From contig WJMJ01000131.1 of assembly GCA_014728035.1 (NCBI GenBank), positions 117,381-181,380 on the forward strand: 64,000 nucleotides of DNA. The letters run 5' to 3'. The notes under the pieces were generated by a model. That model worked only from the letters and a program-made list of their open reading frames with translations, was not told the origin of the DNA and searched no databases. This document shows positions 30,034 through 39,367 of the stretch, one piece after another (the stretch's first letter is position 1; each line of letters begins with the position of its first letter). This DNA is from Promethearchaeota archaeon. GTDB lineage: Archaea > Asgardarchaeota > Thorarchaeia > Thorarchaeales > Thorarchaeaceae. The position numbers were made by a program, and so were the translations under genes.

Positions 30034-30065
30034 TTCCTCGAACTGAAGAGCGAATCTACAGTTCT
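30034..30065 (-). other. 23S rRNA intron 1 (32 nt hairpin, relaxed BHB), between equivalents of 2440 and 2441
   Basis: ACUU-AC|A-GAACUG...CAGUUC-GAGG-AA|C. Excision restores AAAACUUACCCCAGGGG, which pairs with the helix 74 5' strand. Confidence 0.8.
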
Positions 30066-32640
30066 GTAAGTTTTTTGTCATGTCTCGCCTGAACAATTGA
30101 GGAGCGAAACGTTCGCTAGGCCAGCGTTTCCGCCCTGTTCGCGTTATTGTGCGGCGAACAGTCAGCCAGACTATATACCCTTGATCTCTAGGAGACGTTT
30201 CCATCGCCTCTGAGTCTAGCATTGGTCAGGGCTGATCTCTTGTCAGCCCTGTGCCGCCCCAGCCCAACTGCCTACATGCAGGTGTCCCTAGGCTCGCTTG
30301 GCTTAGGTTAGCCAGCCCCAATGCCATAGTCAGTGTTACATGGTTGCATTCTCACACCCCGGAGAGTGTGATTCAACGCTCCTGACTACGCTCTGTATGA
30401 CACCAGAACTGGCAGCTACATGCTGCGTAGTAAACCTCCGCAGGGACTTCTCTTCCCATTAGGACTACATACACTGTTCGGTATGGTGTAGGTTCACCGG
30501 AGCTCTCCTGGGGACAGTGGGGCTCTCATTGCTCCCTTCATGCACGTCGGCATTTAACCGACAAGGCATATGGCTACCTTAAGAGACTCATAGTTAGTCC
30601 CGGCGTTAACCCGAGCTTAGACCCCTTCCGGAGTTTTGACTGACGGGCACAGACCAGGATTCACTGACTGTACTAACGCTTTCGCGCTCGCAGTCAGCTA
30701 TGTTTGTATTAAACAGTTGGAACCCCTGAGTTACTAAGACCTGGAAAGGCGTGAACCAATCCAGGCATGGCACATCCCGAAGTTACGCCACTAATTGGCC
30801 GATTTCCCTCAGGAGAGTTGACTCCGATACACCTTGGTCTTCTAAACCAGGGAACCTGTGTCAGATCTGGGTACGGACTAGGAGGATTCTTCCGAACTCG
30901 ATTTTCAAGGTCACCAGAAATCGGCTGAACGAGTGTCCGACCACTCGCTATTCCACTTTTCTTCTGCTTCTCACCATTACGGTACTCGACAGAGTTATAG
31001 TGTTAAACACCGCGAAGGCGGTGCTCAGCGTATCCAGATGAGTTACAAGTTCGGCATCGCGTTGCCGCGTAACGTACCTCCTAGGTTCAGGAATATTAAC
31101 CTGATTCCCTTTCGTGTTACTCGTGTTACGATAACACTTAGGATCGACTAAGCTTCGGCTGACGACGCATTGCCGAAGAACCCTTTCCCTTTCGGTGACA
31201 TGGATTCTCACCATGCTTCGCTGTTACTACTGCCAGGATCATCAAATCCGGTCGGTCAACGGGACCTCACGGCCCCACTTCTACCCAACCGGATCGCTCC
31301 GCTACCGGATCACGCAATTTTACTCGCGTGCCGTATGGTCTCGGTGACCAGATTTAGCCCCGTCCATTTTCAAGGCCGAGAGCCTCGGTCTGTGAGCTGT
31401 TACGCTTTCGTTCGGGGATAGCTGCTTCTAAGCTCACCCCCAGACTGTCTTGGGCTCTCGACTCCCTTCTTCACCGCACTTATCTGGTACTTAGGGACCT
31501 TAACCATACTCTCGGTTCTCCCCATCTCGGCCTGCCGGGCTTACCCCGGGCACCCGTCTCCTGCTGTCTACGGTTCGTGCAGATTCGGAGTTTTCAGGAT
31601 GGTGAAGAACTTTACGTTCCCCGAGCCAATCCGAAAGTGCTCTACACCACACGATACCTCAAGCAGGGCTTGGCTACGACCAACTTCGCGGAGAACGAGC
31701 AATCACCAGTCTAGATAAGCCTTTTACCCCTAGACCCAGTTCAACGGAACGAGTTGCACGTCAGAACCCTATCGGGCCTCCACCGAGCTTTCGCCCGGCT
31801 TCACCCTGACCAGGTCTAGATCGACTGGTTTCTCGTGTTATGGGAGTGACTACGCGCACTTTCACACGCCGCTCCTCACCCGAAGGTTGCGAGCATATCG
31901 GTTTCCCTACGGTTTCAGCTTGACGCCTTAACCTTGCCACGCCCATAAACTCCCTGGCCCGTGTTTCAAGACGGATGATGCTGACCCGATCCGCTTCGTT
32001 CCTACTATACGATCACTCGTAATTCGTTCACGAAGCCTCTCTTCTTTTCATCAGCATCCTTTGACTAGATTGCTGGTTTCAGGTGCTTTTCACCCCGCTT
32101 CCGCGGCACTTTTCAACTTTCGCTCGCGCTACATAGTTTACTATCGGTTTGGTCTAGTATTTAGGCTTCGCAGATTGTTACTGCGTAATTCACACGAGAT
32201 TACCAACCCATGCTACTCTGGTACTTGATAATGCCTGTAAGTTGCACCTACGGGGGTTTCACCCTCTATGCCCCGTCGTTCCAGACGAGTTCGGCTTCGT
32301 TACATAGGCATATGACTCAAGCCCTTACACCACATCTCCCATAACTCTTCGCTATGGGATTCAGTTTGGCCTTTTCCCCTTTCGCTCGCTGTTACTAAGG
32401 GAATCACTGTTGTTTTCTTTTCCTGGGCATACTAAGATGCTTCAGTTCTGCCCGTTCCCGTTCCAGATTTGACCCTGGAACGAAGCAGGGTATTAACCCA
32501 CTTCAGGAAGTCCAATTGGGGATCCTGCGGATCAACGCCTTCATGCGGCTACCCACAGATTATCGCAGCTTGTCGCGCCCTTCATCGGCTGACCAACCAA
32601 GTCATCCACCAACAACCGTTTAGCGAAACGCGGTCCTACT

Positions 32641-32745
32641 CATGTAACCGGCACAGTATTGCCTGTTACCAAGGAGTGTATCTACTTCATTTCTACTTCA
32701 TAGTTGTGTATGTTTGTGTATCATCATCCTCTGCAGTCATAGTGG
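32641..32745 (-). other. 5' arm of the pre-23S processing stem with a BHB-like motif (pairs with 29225-29305)
   Basis: TCCTTGGTAAC/GTTGCCAAGGG, AGG(C)/(A)CCT flanked by 3-nt bulges, ACTG/CAGT, GAGGATGATGA/TCATCATCCTC. Confidence 0.8.
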
Positions 32746-33104
32746 TTGGTTACCCACCATTGACCGTTCCCCAACACGAAAGACTACCTATTTCGGGTCA
32801 TGATCTAGCGAAGGACCACTTCGCGTCTCAGACTAATACTTATTCAGTACCATTACCCTAGTCGGGTCATGCTGGTTATTGGAACATGTATTACGCAATA
32901 CCCTAGCCAGAGGCTGTGGGTGTGCGCTCGTCGGTCGAACCGAAGTAGCAATTTAAACGTTGCTATGTGTCCTGACCGATTTGTAATAAGCCAACATCGG
33001 TTTGGCGCTAAACCAGAATAACCATGCGACGAATTTGCCAGCAATAGATGCCACGTCGCAAAAGGCCTCTCTAACCAATGCAAGCAAATGTATCCCGTAG
33101 CATT

Positions 33105-33122
33105 TCAAAATAAACTTTTTGC
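33105..33122 (-). promoter_or_regulatory. Putative BRE-TATA of the rRNA promoter
   Basis: Minus strand CAAAAAG-TTTATTTT upstream of the structured leader. Confidence 0.45.
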
Positions 33123-33197
33123 CGCGACGAAGGAAGTTCTCCCGCACTTAGGAGATATTCAGAGAAACTAATTGGCACACTATGGCGGCATCTGTTT

Positions 33198-33605
33198 TTA
33201 CAAGTTTCTCGTTTTGAGGTATGCAGAAACACACCGTCTAACAAGACCGGCTAAGGAAAATATCCAGGACAGAAACGCCAATCCAAGAAGGAGATCAATC
33301 TCAGGTCCGAAAACCAACATAAGAAACGATACCAAGGGAACCGATAGAGCCATTGTGAGAATGCCAACGACCAAAAACAGGTGAAGAGTATGAGACGAAT
33401 CACTCTTGCTCCGAGCCCATGTGACAAGGGAGCCCATACCCCTAATAGCCAGTTCTGAGCCATTAAGACGAGAGACATATGCTCTTTGAAGAACATGAAC
33501 AACTGTACCTATGAGATACTGTAAAAGAGCTATGAGAAACAACAAACCAGATGTTGTGAAGGAATCAATTGACCAGGCCATATGAGCTGAGCTGGTCAAA
33601 AGCAA
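33198..33605 (-). CDS. Hypothetical membrane protein
   Basis: 3 hydrophobic segments; downstream of RNase PH on the same strand. Confidence 0.5.
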   Translation of the reverse strand: MLLTSSAHMAWSIDSFTTSGLLFLIALLQYLIGTVVHVLQRAYVSRLNGSELAIRGMGSLVTWARSKSDSSHTLHLFLVVGILTMALSVPLVSFLMLVFGPEIDLLLGLAFLSWIFSLAGLVRRCVSAYLKTRNL

Positions 33606-33622
33606 TTTGATTCTTTCCGTTA

Positions 33623-34333
33623 TTACAAATCAGTGTCTAATGTATCAGTTTGGATTTTTTGGAGGTCGGATATCCCTTTCACTGCAAGGTCCAATAGTTC
33701 ATCTAATGCGGACCGGTTGAATGTGCCATCTTCGCCAGTTCCTTGAACTTCAACAAATTCATCATCACGCATGACGATATTCATGTCAACAGACGCAGAA
33801 GAGTCTTCAATATAACAGAGGTCTAATAGACACTCATCATCAACTACTCCAACACTGACTGCAGCAACCTGTCCAATAAGAGGCAGTTCGGAAATCATAT
33901 CCAAATCAACCATTAATTGTAGAGCATCACAAAGTGCAATATAGGCACCAGTGATGGATGCGGTTCTTGTTCCGCCATCAGCTTGGATTACATCACAGTC
34001 TATCCGAATTTGGTGTTCACCAAGGTCACCAAGACTAACAGCAGCCCGAAGAGACCGGCCAATCAATCGCTGAATTTCTTGGTCGCGACCACTGATTCTA
34101 TTCCTCCTGGTACGCTCATTGGTTGCGCGAGGGAGCATTCCGTATTGTGCAGTGACCCACCCCTTTCCAGTTCCATTTAGCCAACCAGGAACATCTTCTT
34201 CCACAGTTGCAGTACAGATAACTTGGGTGTCACCAGTCTTAATCAGTACAGACCCTTCAGGATGTTTAAGAAAGTCACGAGTGATATCTACTGGTCTCAA
34301 TTCATCATTCAATCTACCGTCAGACCGGGCCAT
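33623..34333 (-). CDS. rph: Ribonuclease PH (bacterial type)
   Basis: RSDGR..DELRPV, EGSVL, GWVTAQYGMLPRAT, EIQRLIGRSLRA, CDVIQADGGTRTASITG, EVQGTGE. Confidence 0.95.
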   Translation of the reverse strand: MARSDGRLNDELRPVDITRDFLKHPEGSVLIKTGDTQVICTATVEEDVPGWLNGTGKGWVTAQYGMLPRATNERTRRNRISGRDQEIQRLIGRSLRAAVSLGDLGEHQIRIDCDVIQADGGTRTASITGAYIALCDALQLMVDLDMISELPLIGQVAAVSVGVVDDECLLDLCYIEDSSASVDMNIVMRDDEFVEVQGTGEDGTFNRSALDELLDLAVKGISDLQKIQTDTLDTDL

Positions 34334-34465
34334 ATTAACCACAATATGGTTGAACATATTGTCTGCTATTAACGCTATTGACGTGTAGTCACCAAATAGC
34401 TTTATTGATAAAAGAGGAAACAATACAATGAGATTGATGTAAATAACATTGGAGCGACCAAAATA

Positions 34466-35488
34466 ATGATGGATGTTCGTGGCAGATTCAACACCGCCCT
34501 AAAAGATACAGTCGAAGAATGGAAAAAGAAGGATACTGTGAAAGGCGTATATGTTCATGGCTCATACGTGAAAGGTATAATCTCACCGAATTCAGACCTT
34601 GACCTCTGTGTAATTATGGAGGCAGATGAGGCTCCCGCACAACTACTTGCGAAGTATAAAGGTGTCATGATCGATATGACTTTCTTCACCCCTGAAGATG
34701 TACAAGATGTGGTCGAGGGAAACACCCACGATATGGTTAAGATTGCTTCAGTAGTAGGTCAGTTACGAAATGCAGAAGTGCTATACGATAAAGAGGGAAA
34801 ACTCAAGAGTTGGCAGAAGGATGTTTCAACATATCAATGGCCCAAGGAATCAATCCAAACAGCAAAAACTGAGGCGATAGAAGCTTTACAAAGTGCGTCA
34901 GCCTTTGCTGCAGAAGAAGACATAATCAGTGCTGTTTACGAAATAAGAGAAGGCCTTTTTGAACTTGGACGAGCAGTGTTGATGAAGAATAATAATTTCT
35001 GTGTGATTAAACCTGCTGAAATTCTTACAGAAATTCGAATGATGGACCCAATGACTTACCAGCTGTTCCTCAGAACGTTCAAACTCAAAGGACTAGGAGA
35101 GAATGAGCTTCTAGACATGCTAGAGGATATCAAAGCATGGATCAAGAAGGCTGAAGAGTTATTTGATGCTGAATCATCTGACATTGCGGCAACAATCATC
35201 CTATCGGATGCGCAGAGATCCACGTTCAGTGCGATTAACCTAACACTAAATGGAGATTATGAGTTAGCAGTATTTGAGCTAAGACTAGCAATACGAAAAC
35301 TGGGACAGGCATTGCTCGCAATATCAGGAGAAACAACTTTCAATGCACGTACATTTATCAGTGATATAAAAGAGCATGAGCCAAATTTCTATAATAACAT
35401 CTTAGTGAAATATGGAGCTTACGAGTTTCATCCGAAGGGTGTGAAACGAAGTATTGGAGAAGCAGAATTCATAGCAAAAAGAATATGA
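34466..35488 (+). CDS. Pol-beta-family nucleotidyltransferase with tandem HEPN-like helical domains
   Basis: HGSYVKG...SDLDL...D motif, then two helical repeats (AVYEIREGLFELGRAVL; AVFELRLAIRKLGQALL). Confidence 0.8.
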   Translation: MMDVRGRFNTALKDTVEEWKKKDTVKGVYVHGSYVKGIISPNSDLDLCVIMEADEAPAQLLAKYKGVMIDMTFFTPEDVQDVVEGNTHDMVKIASVVGQLRNAEVLYDKEGKLKSWQKDVSTYQWPKESIQTAKTEAIEALQSASAFAAEEDIISAVYEIREGLFELGRAVLMKNNNFCVIKPAEILTEIRMMDPMTYQLFLRTFKLKGLGENELLDMLEDIKAWIKKAEELFDAESSDIAATIILSDAQRSTFSAINLTLNGDYELAVFELRLAIRKLGQALLAISGETTFNARTFISDIKEHEPNFYNNILVKYGAYEFHPKGVKRSIGEAEFIAKRI

Positions 35489-35528
35489 GACTGAAGATTG
35501 ATATGGGAGCTGTTGTTTTTCTACAAAA

Positions 35529-36077
35529 GTGGTGACAATGTCCGAATCCGATGTAGAAGTGATAAAACTCATGAGTGTTGCGCTAAATTACGAGAAACAA
35601 CTTGTCCTTAAGACAGAGATTGAAGCATATCACAATGCCACAAATTATGTGATAGAACAAATTCTTAAAATCAGAAAGAAGAAAGCGTCCGAAATAATTG
35701 AAGCAATTGGTGATGAATTCTCTGAAAAGTTCGATTCCCGCACAGCATATTTGAAAGATGTGGTCAAGACCGCTCGTGTTACAATTGGAGAGCACAAACA
35801 GAAAGCAAGATGGAGAAGGGATTTGAAGAATAAAGTTCCCAAATTCAAACCAAATATCATGATTTTCTCAGCACCACTGATAGAGATTTCACATGAAGCA
35901 GCATTTCTCACTGTCAAGAGTGGAGAACAGAAAGCAATTCCATTCGATAAGCATAGCAGAAACAAGAACAAAGAGATACTTTCTGAGATTATAAAAGACC
36001 CAAAGAAAATGGATAGAGTACGGTTAATGTGGAATAAAGAAGGTTACTTCAATGTTGACATCCGTGTATTCAGATAG
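35529..36077 (+). CDS. TnpB/Cas12f N-terminal (WED/REC) lobe-like protein lacking RuvC
   Basis: LKTEIEAYHNATNYV...EKF...KVPKFK...IPF...VRLMWNKEGYFNVDIRV, then stop. Confidence 0.65.
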   Translation: MVTMSESDVEVIKLMSVALNYEKQLVLKTEIEAYHNATNYVIEQILKIRKKKASEIIEAIGDEFSEKFDSRTAYLKDVVKTARVTIGEHKQKARWRRDLKNKVPKFKPNIMIFSAPLIEISHEAAFLTVKSGEQKAIPFDKHSRNKNKEILSEIIKDPKKMDRVRLMWNKEGYFNVDIRVFR

Positions 36078-36975
36078 TCCAGCATTTCAATGCACCTGAG
36101 AATTCAGTTGTGTAGAACTTCTTACCTTTCGAATCCCAAGACACTCCACTTACTCCAGTAGGAAGTTTCTGGTGGATAGATTCACTGAAGTCGTTAGCCC
36201 ATAATTGAATTGTTGTATCATAGCTCGAAGTGAGTAAACTTGAATCGGACGGATTGAAGCTGATTGAGCTGACTACATCAGTGTGACCATCAAGAATTAT
36301 TGGTTTTCGGTCATTAACTAAATCAAGAATAACAACGGAACCGTTGTGAAGGCCTAATGCAGCTTTTGTGTGTTCTGGAGATATAGCAAGAGATCGTATT
36401 CTATTATCACTCTGAAATATATTTTCCACTAACTCATATGATGATAAATCCCACAAGTTACATTTGCCAGACCAAGACGCCGTAATTAATTTGCTATCCC
36501 CAGCATAGAAAGCAAGACCAGAGATGTCACGCCGATGAAAATGAAGATTTCTAATGCATTTGAGTTTCTTGAGAGAGAATAACTTGACCAGACCATCACG
36601 AGTTCCTGCGACAGCTTTTGAAATAGTCGAGTCTACTGCAAGAGCTTTGATATCACAACTATGACGAAGGAGATGACTCTCCTTGAACTTCTTTGACGCT
36701 AACCACATTCTTGCGGTTCCATCCCAGCTGCTCGATAAGAGGTGAGATCCATTTTCAATAAAAAGCAGTGAGGAAATCATCTTTTCATGGCCGCTCAATG
36801 CAAGACGAGGTTTGCGAGTTTTGGAGTTGATAATGATGATTTGCCCATCGAGACTGCCGACCGCAACGAGATTCTTTGTAGGACTGACCGAAACACAGGT
36901 TAATGGTACAATTTGAGAGCTAGTTGGAAGGTAGATTGTAGTGGCCTGCATACTTGTCACTCCGAATATTATCAA
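36070..36975 (-). CDS. WD40 repeat beta-propeller protein
   Basis: GH...LLSSSWDGTARMW and GHTDVVSSISFNP...SSYDTTIQLW; about 7 blades. Confidence 0.92.
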   Translation of the reverse strand: MIIFGVTSMQATTIYLPTSSQIVPLTCVSVSPTKNLVAVGSLDGQIIIINSKTRKPRLALSGHEKMISSLLFIENGSHLLSSSWDGTARMWLASKKFKESHLLRHSCDIKALAVDSTISKAVAGTRDGLVKLFSLKKLKCIRNLHFHRRDISGLAFYAGDSKLITASWSGKCNLWDLSSYELVENIFQSDNRIRSLAISPEHTKAALGLHNGSVVILDLVNDRKPIILDGHTDVVSSISFNPSDSSLLTSSYDTTIQLWANDFSESIHQKLPTGVSGVSWDSKGKKFYTTEFSGALKCWTI

Positions 36976-37014
36976 TGCATAGTTATTCGTTTACAAGATA
37001 AAAAGTCTAACCAC

Positions 37015-38073
37015 TTACTGTTGACGACGAATAATAAAGTAAGAAACAATAACAAGAGGTATTGCGATAAGAATAACAAGAAAATCTAAAGGGGTTTCTT
37101 GTGGAAAATCAGAAACATCGGGGAGATAATCAACAACGAAGACTTCAACCACGCGACCTACTGCTTGTAAACTGGCTGCACTACATTTATCGGGTGTATC
37201 CTCAATAGTATGCCAAGTGGATGGAAAGGGGTAATGAATTAGATCAACTGCTGGAATATCTGCATCTAGGAAAGGAATATGGTCATCTGTTATTCGTCCA
37301 CCAGTTTCATTGAGGAAAATACTATCATAGCCAAACTCGTGGGCTATCGACCAAATGGTGTTTTGCAAAGAGGGGAATTGCATCGAGTTCTGCTCTTTTG
37401 GAATGCGCAGGTTTGCATCTCCAACCATATCTAATAGAACCATAGCTGCAATTGAGTCAATTCGGTCAGCAGATAGTTGGCTAACAAAATATCTTGAACC
37501 TTGAATCCAATCCCAGCCATCAATATTCCCAGAGTCTTCTGCATCAAAGAATACTAACTCGACATATGAACGAACAGCTTCAGGCAATACTTTCGCAAGT
37601 TCAAGAAGTACTGCCACGCCACTTGCACCATCATTTGCTCCAAGAACAGGCAAATTATGATTTGCAGGATTGGGATCATTATCAGCTTTAGGTCGTGTGT
37701 CATAATGGGCTCCCAAAATCATGGTAGAGTTAACTTCCGGACCCCATCTTGCGAGTATGTTGCTGCAAAGTGTTTCTTGATAAGTGAAATTCTGTAGAAT
37801 AACCTCCCAGCCATTGAGTTCAAGTTTATCTACAATATAAGATCGACAGTCACTGAGATTTTCTGACCCGGGAGGACGTGGTCCAAAATCACATTGGTCG
37901 TAAATATATTGAAGCGCCTCTTCTCCATTGAAAACGGGACTATAGTCATCACCGATAACCACAGGTATGTGTGGGATACCCAGCAAGAAAATGATGAGAA
38001 GCGACGAATATTTCAAAGATACACCATCAAATTCTGTACCAACGTCCCCTAAGAATCTTTTTGATAAAATCAC
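37015..38073 (-). CDS. M28 peptidase / glutaminyl cyclase-like, exported and TM-anchored
   Basis: GAHYDTR, GANDGASG, FFDAED, LLDMVG, DDHIPF, WHT. Confidence 0.9.
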   Translation of the reverse strand: MILSKRFLGDVGTEFDGVSLKYSSLLIIFLLGIPHIPVVIGDDYSPVFNGEEALQYIYDQCDFGPRPPGSENLSDCRSYIVDKLELNGWEVILQNFTYQETLCSNILARWGPEVNSTMILGAHYDTRPKADNDPNPANHNLPVLGANDGASGVAVLLELAKVLPEAVRSYVELVFFDAEDSGNIDGWDWIQGSRYFVSQLSADRIDSIAAMVLLDMVGDANLRIPKEQNSMQFPSLQNTIWSIAHEFGYDSIFLNETGGRITDDHIPFLDADIPAVDLIHYPFPSTWHTIEDTPDKCSAASLQAVGRVVEVFVVDYLPDVSDFPQETPLDFLVILIAIPLVIVSYFIIRRQQ

Positions 38074-39287
38074 GTAATATAAGACCTAATCTTGCTTCTC
38101 AACAATCTTGGCAATTCCCGGGGCAATAGACGAAGTGCGGTAGCTGGAATATCACCATATCCAATCTCACCTCTAGCAACTTTAGCCATAATTTCAGCTG
38201 CTAATGGATGACCGTTAATTTTAGAAAGGAGTCTATCTACAAGTACAGAACTCTGAGGTCCAGCCCATTCCGCCATCCCAAAACTGGATCCGAACACATC
38301 ATGACATAGATTATGATATTTAGAAAGATACTGTTCATCGTGGCGATTAGCACTGATAGCATCCGAAATAACTTGTGCGGCAAACACTCCAGATTGCATG
38401 GCATATGCAATCCCTTCGCCCATCATAGGATCAACAAATCCAGCAGCATCTCCAACTAATATCACACGATCCAAAACATTCTTGTGTTTTAATCCATCCG
38501 CACCCAAGAAAAACGTTCGCAACTTTTCAGGAACCAGTTCAATATTTGCTTGGTTTTCGATGTGCTTACAGAAATCATAGAATTTGGGACGGAGTGGAAG
38601 TATATCGATCCCAGGGCCCGCAATACCAATAGCTAGATGTTCTCGTTTTGGAAAAACCCATCCATAACCCAGTTTGCCCTTTAGAGGTTGAATTGATAAG
38701 ATGTGAGGGTTATTGTCGGTACCTTTTGCAACACCCTCTTCACCAACATAAAAATCAGACTCCATTCCAAGACCATGACGGGTCAAATCTTTTCTTTTAG
38801 GACGCAGACCCAAAGATCTACTGATCACCGAATTAACTCCATCCGCACCAATCAAAAATAATCCTCTAATATCAGCACCATTTTCTAGTTTGACACAAGC
38901 AGAATGCTCTGACACTTGAGCACTTACAACACGGGAGTCTTCCATCAAAATAACCCCAGCATCTTCTGCTCTTCTAGCTAAAAATTCATCAAACTTATTA
39001 CGAAATACAGTAATGCCAATCAACTTATCAGATACAAATTCAACAGTTGAAGAACTACTAGGAATTTGGAATTTTAAACCATAGATTTTTTGCTCTATGA
39101 TCTCGGTTGGCAGGTTTCCATTTATGACTTTTAATCCACGAAACATTACTGCACCGCCGCAAGGTTTCTCGCGAGGCAATACGAACTTTTCAATAAGAAT
39201 AGTATCTAGATTTCGTTTAGCACATTCATAAGCTGCAATAGACCCAGCAGGTCCAGCCCCCACAACAATGACATCATATTCAGTCAA
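38070..39287 (-). CDS. Geranylgeranyl reductase family FAD oxidoreductase
   Basis: GAGPAG, KPCGG, GYGWVFPK, GDAAGFVDP..GEGI. Confidence 0.92.
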   Translation of the reverse strand: MTEYDVIVVGAGPAGSIAAYECAKRNLDTILIEKFVLPREKPCGGAVMFRGLKVINGNLPTEIIEQKIYGLKFQIPSSSSTVEFVSDKLIGITVFRNKFDEFLARRAEDAGVILMEDSRVVSAQVSEHSACVKLENGADIRGLFLIGADGVNSVISRSLGLRPKRKDLTRHGLGMESDFYVGEEGVAKGTDNNPHILSIQPLKGKLGYGWVFPKREHLAIGIAGPGIDILPLRPKFYDFCKHIENQANIELVPEKLRTFFLGADGLKHKNVLDRVILVGDAAGFVDPMMGEGIAYAMQSGVFAAQVISDAISANRHDEQYLSKYHNLCHDVFGSSFGMAEWAGPQSSVLVDRLLSKINGHPLAAEIMAKVARGEIGYGDIPATALRLLPRELPRLLRSKIRSYIT

Positions 39288-39367
39288 ACTACTCTCTCCA
39301 AAACTGATTAGACAGATATCGAATCGTCTATCAAAACCTTTTTACAAAGGAATAAAAATTTGACGAC

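Noticed and set aside
29533-33147. ORF-track entries inside the 23S gene and its leader
   Set aside because: Chance frames across rRNA; no protein motifs.
35529-36200. Intact IS200/IS605 element
   Set aside because: No tnpA, no RuvC in the continuation, and no subterminal hairpin ends seen.
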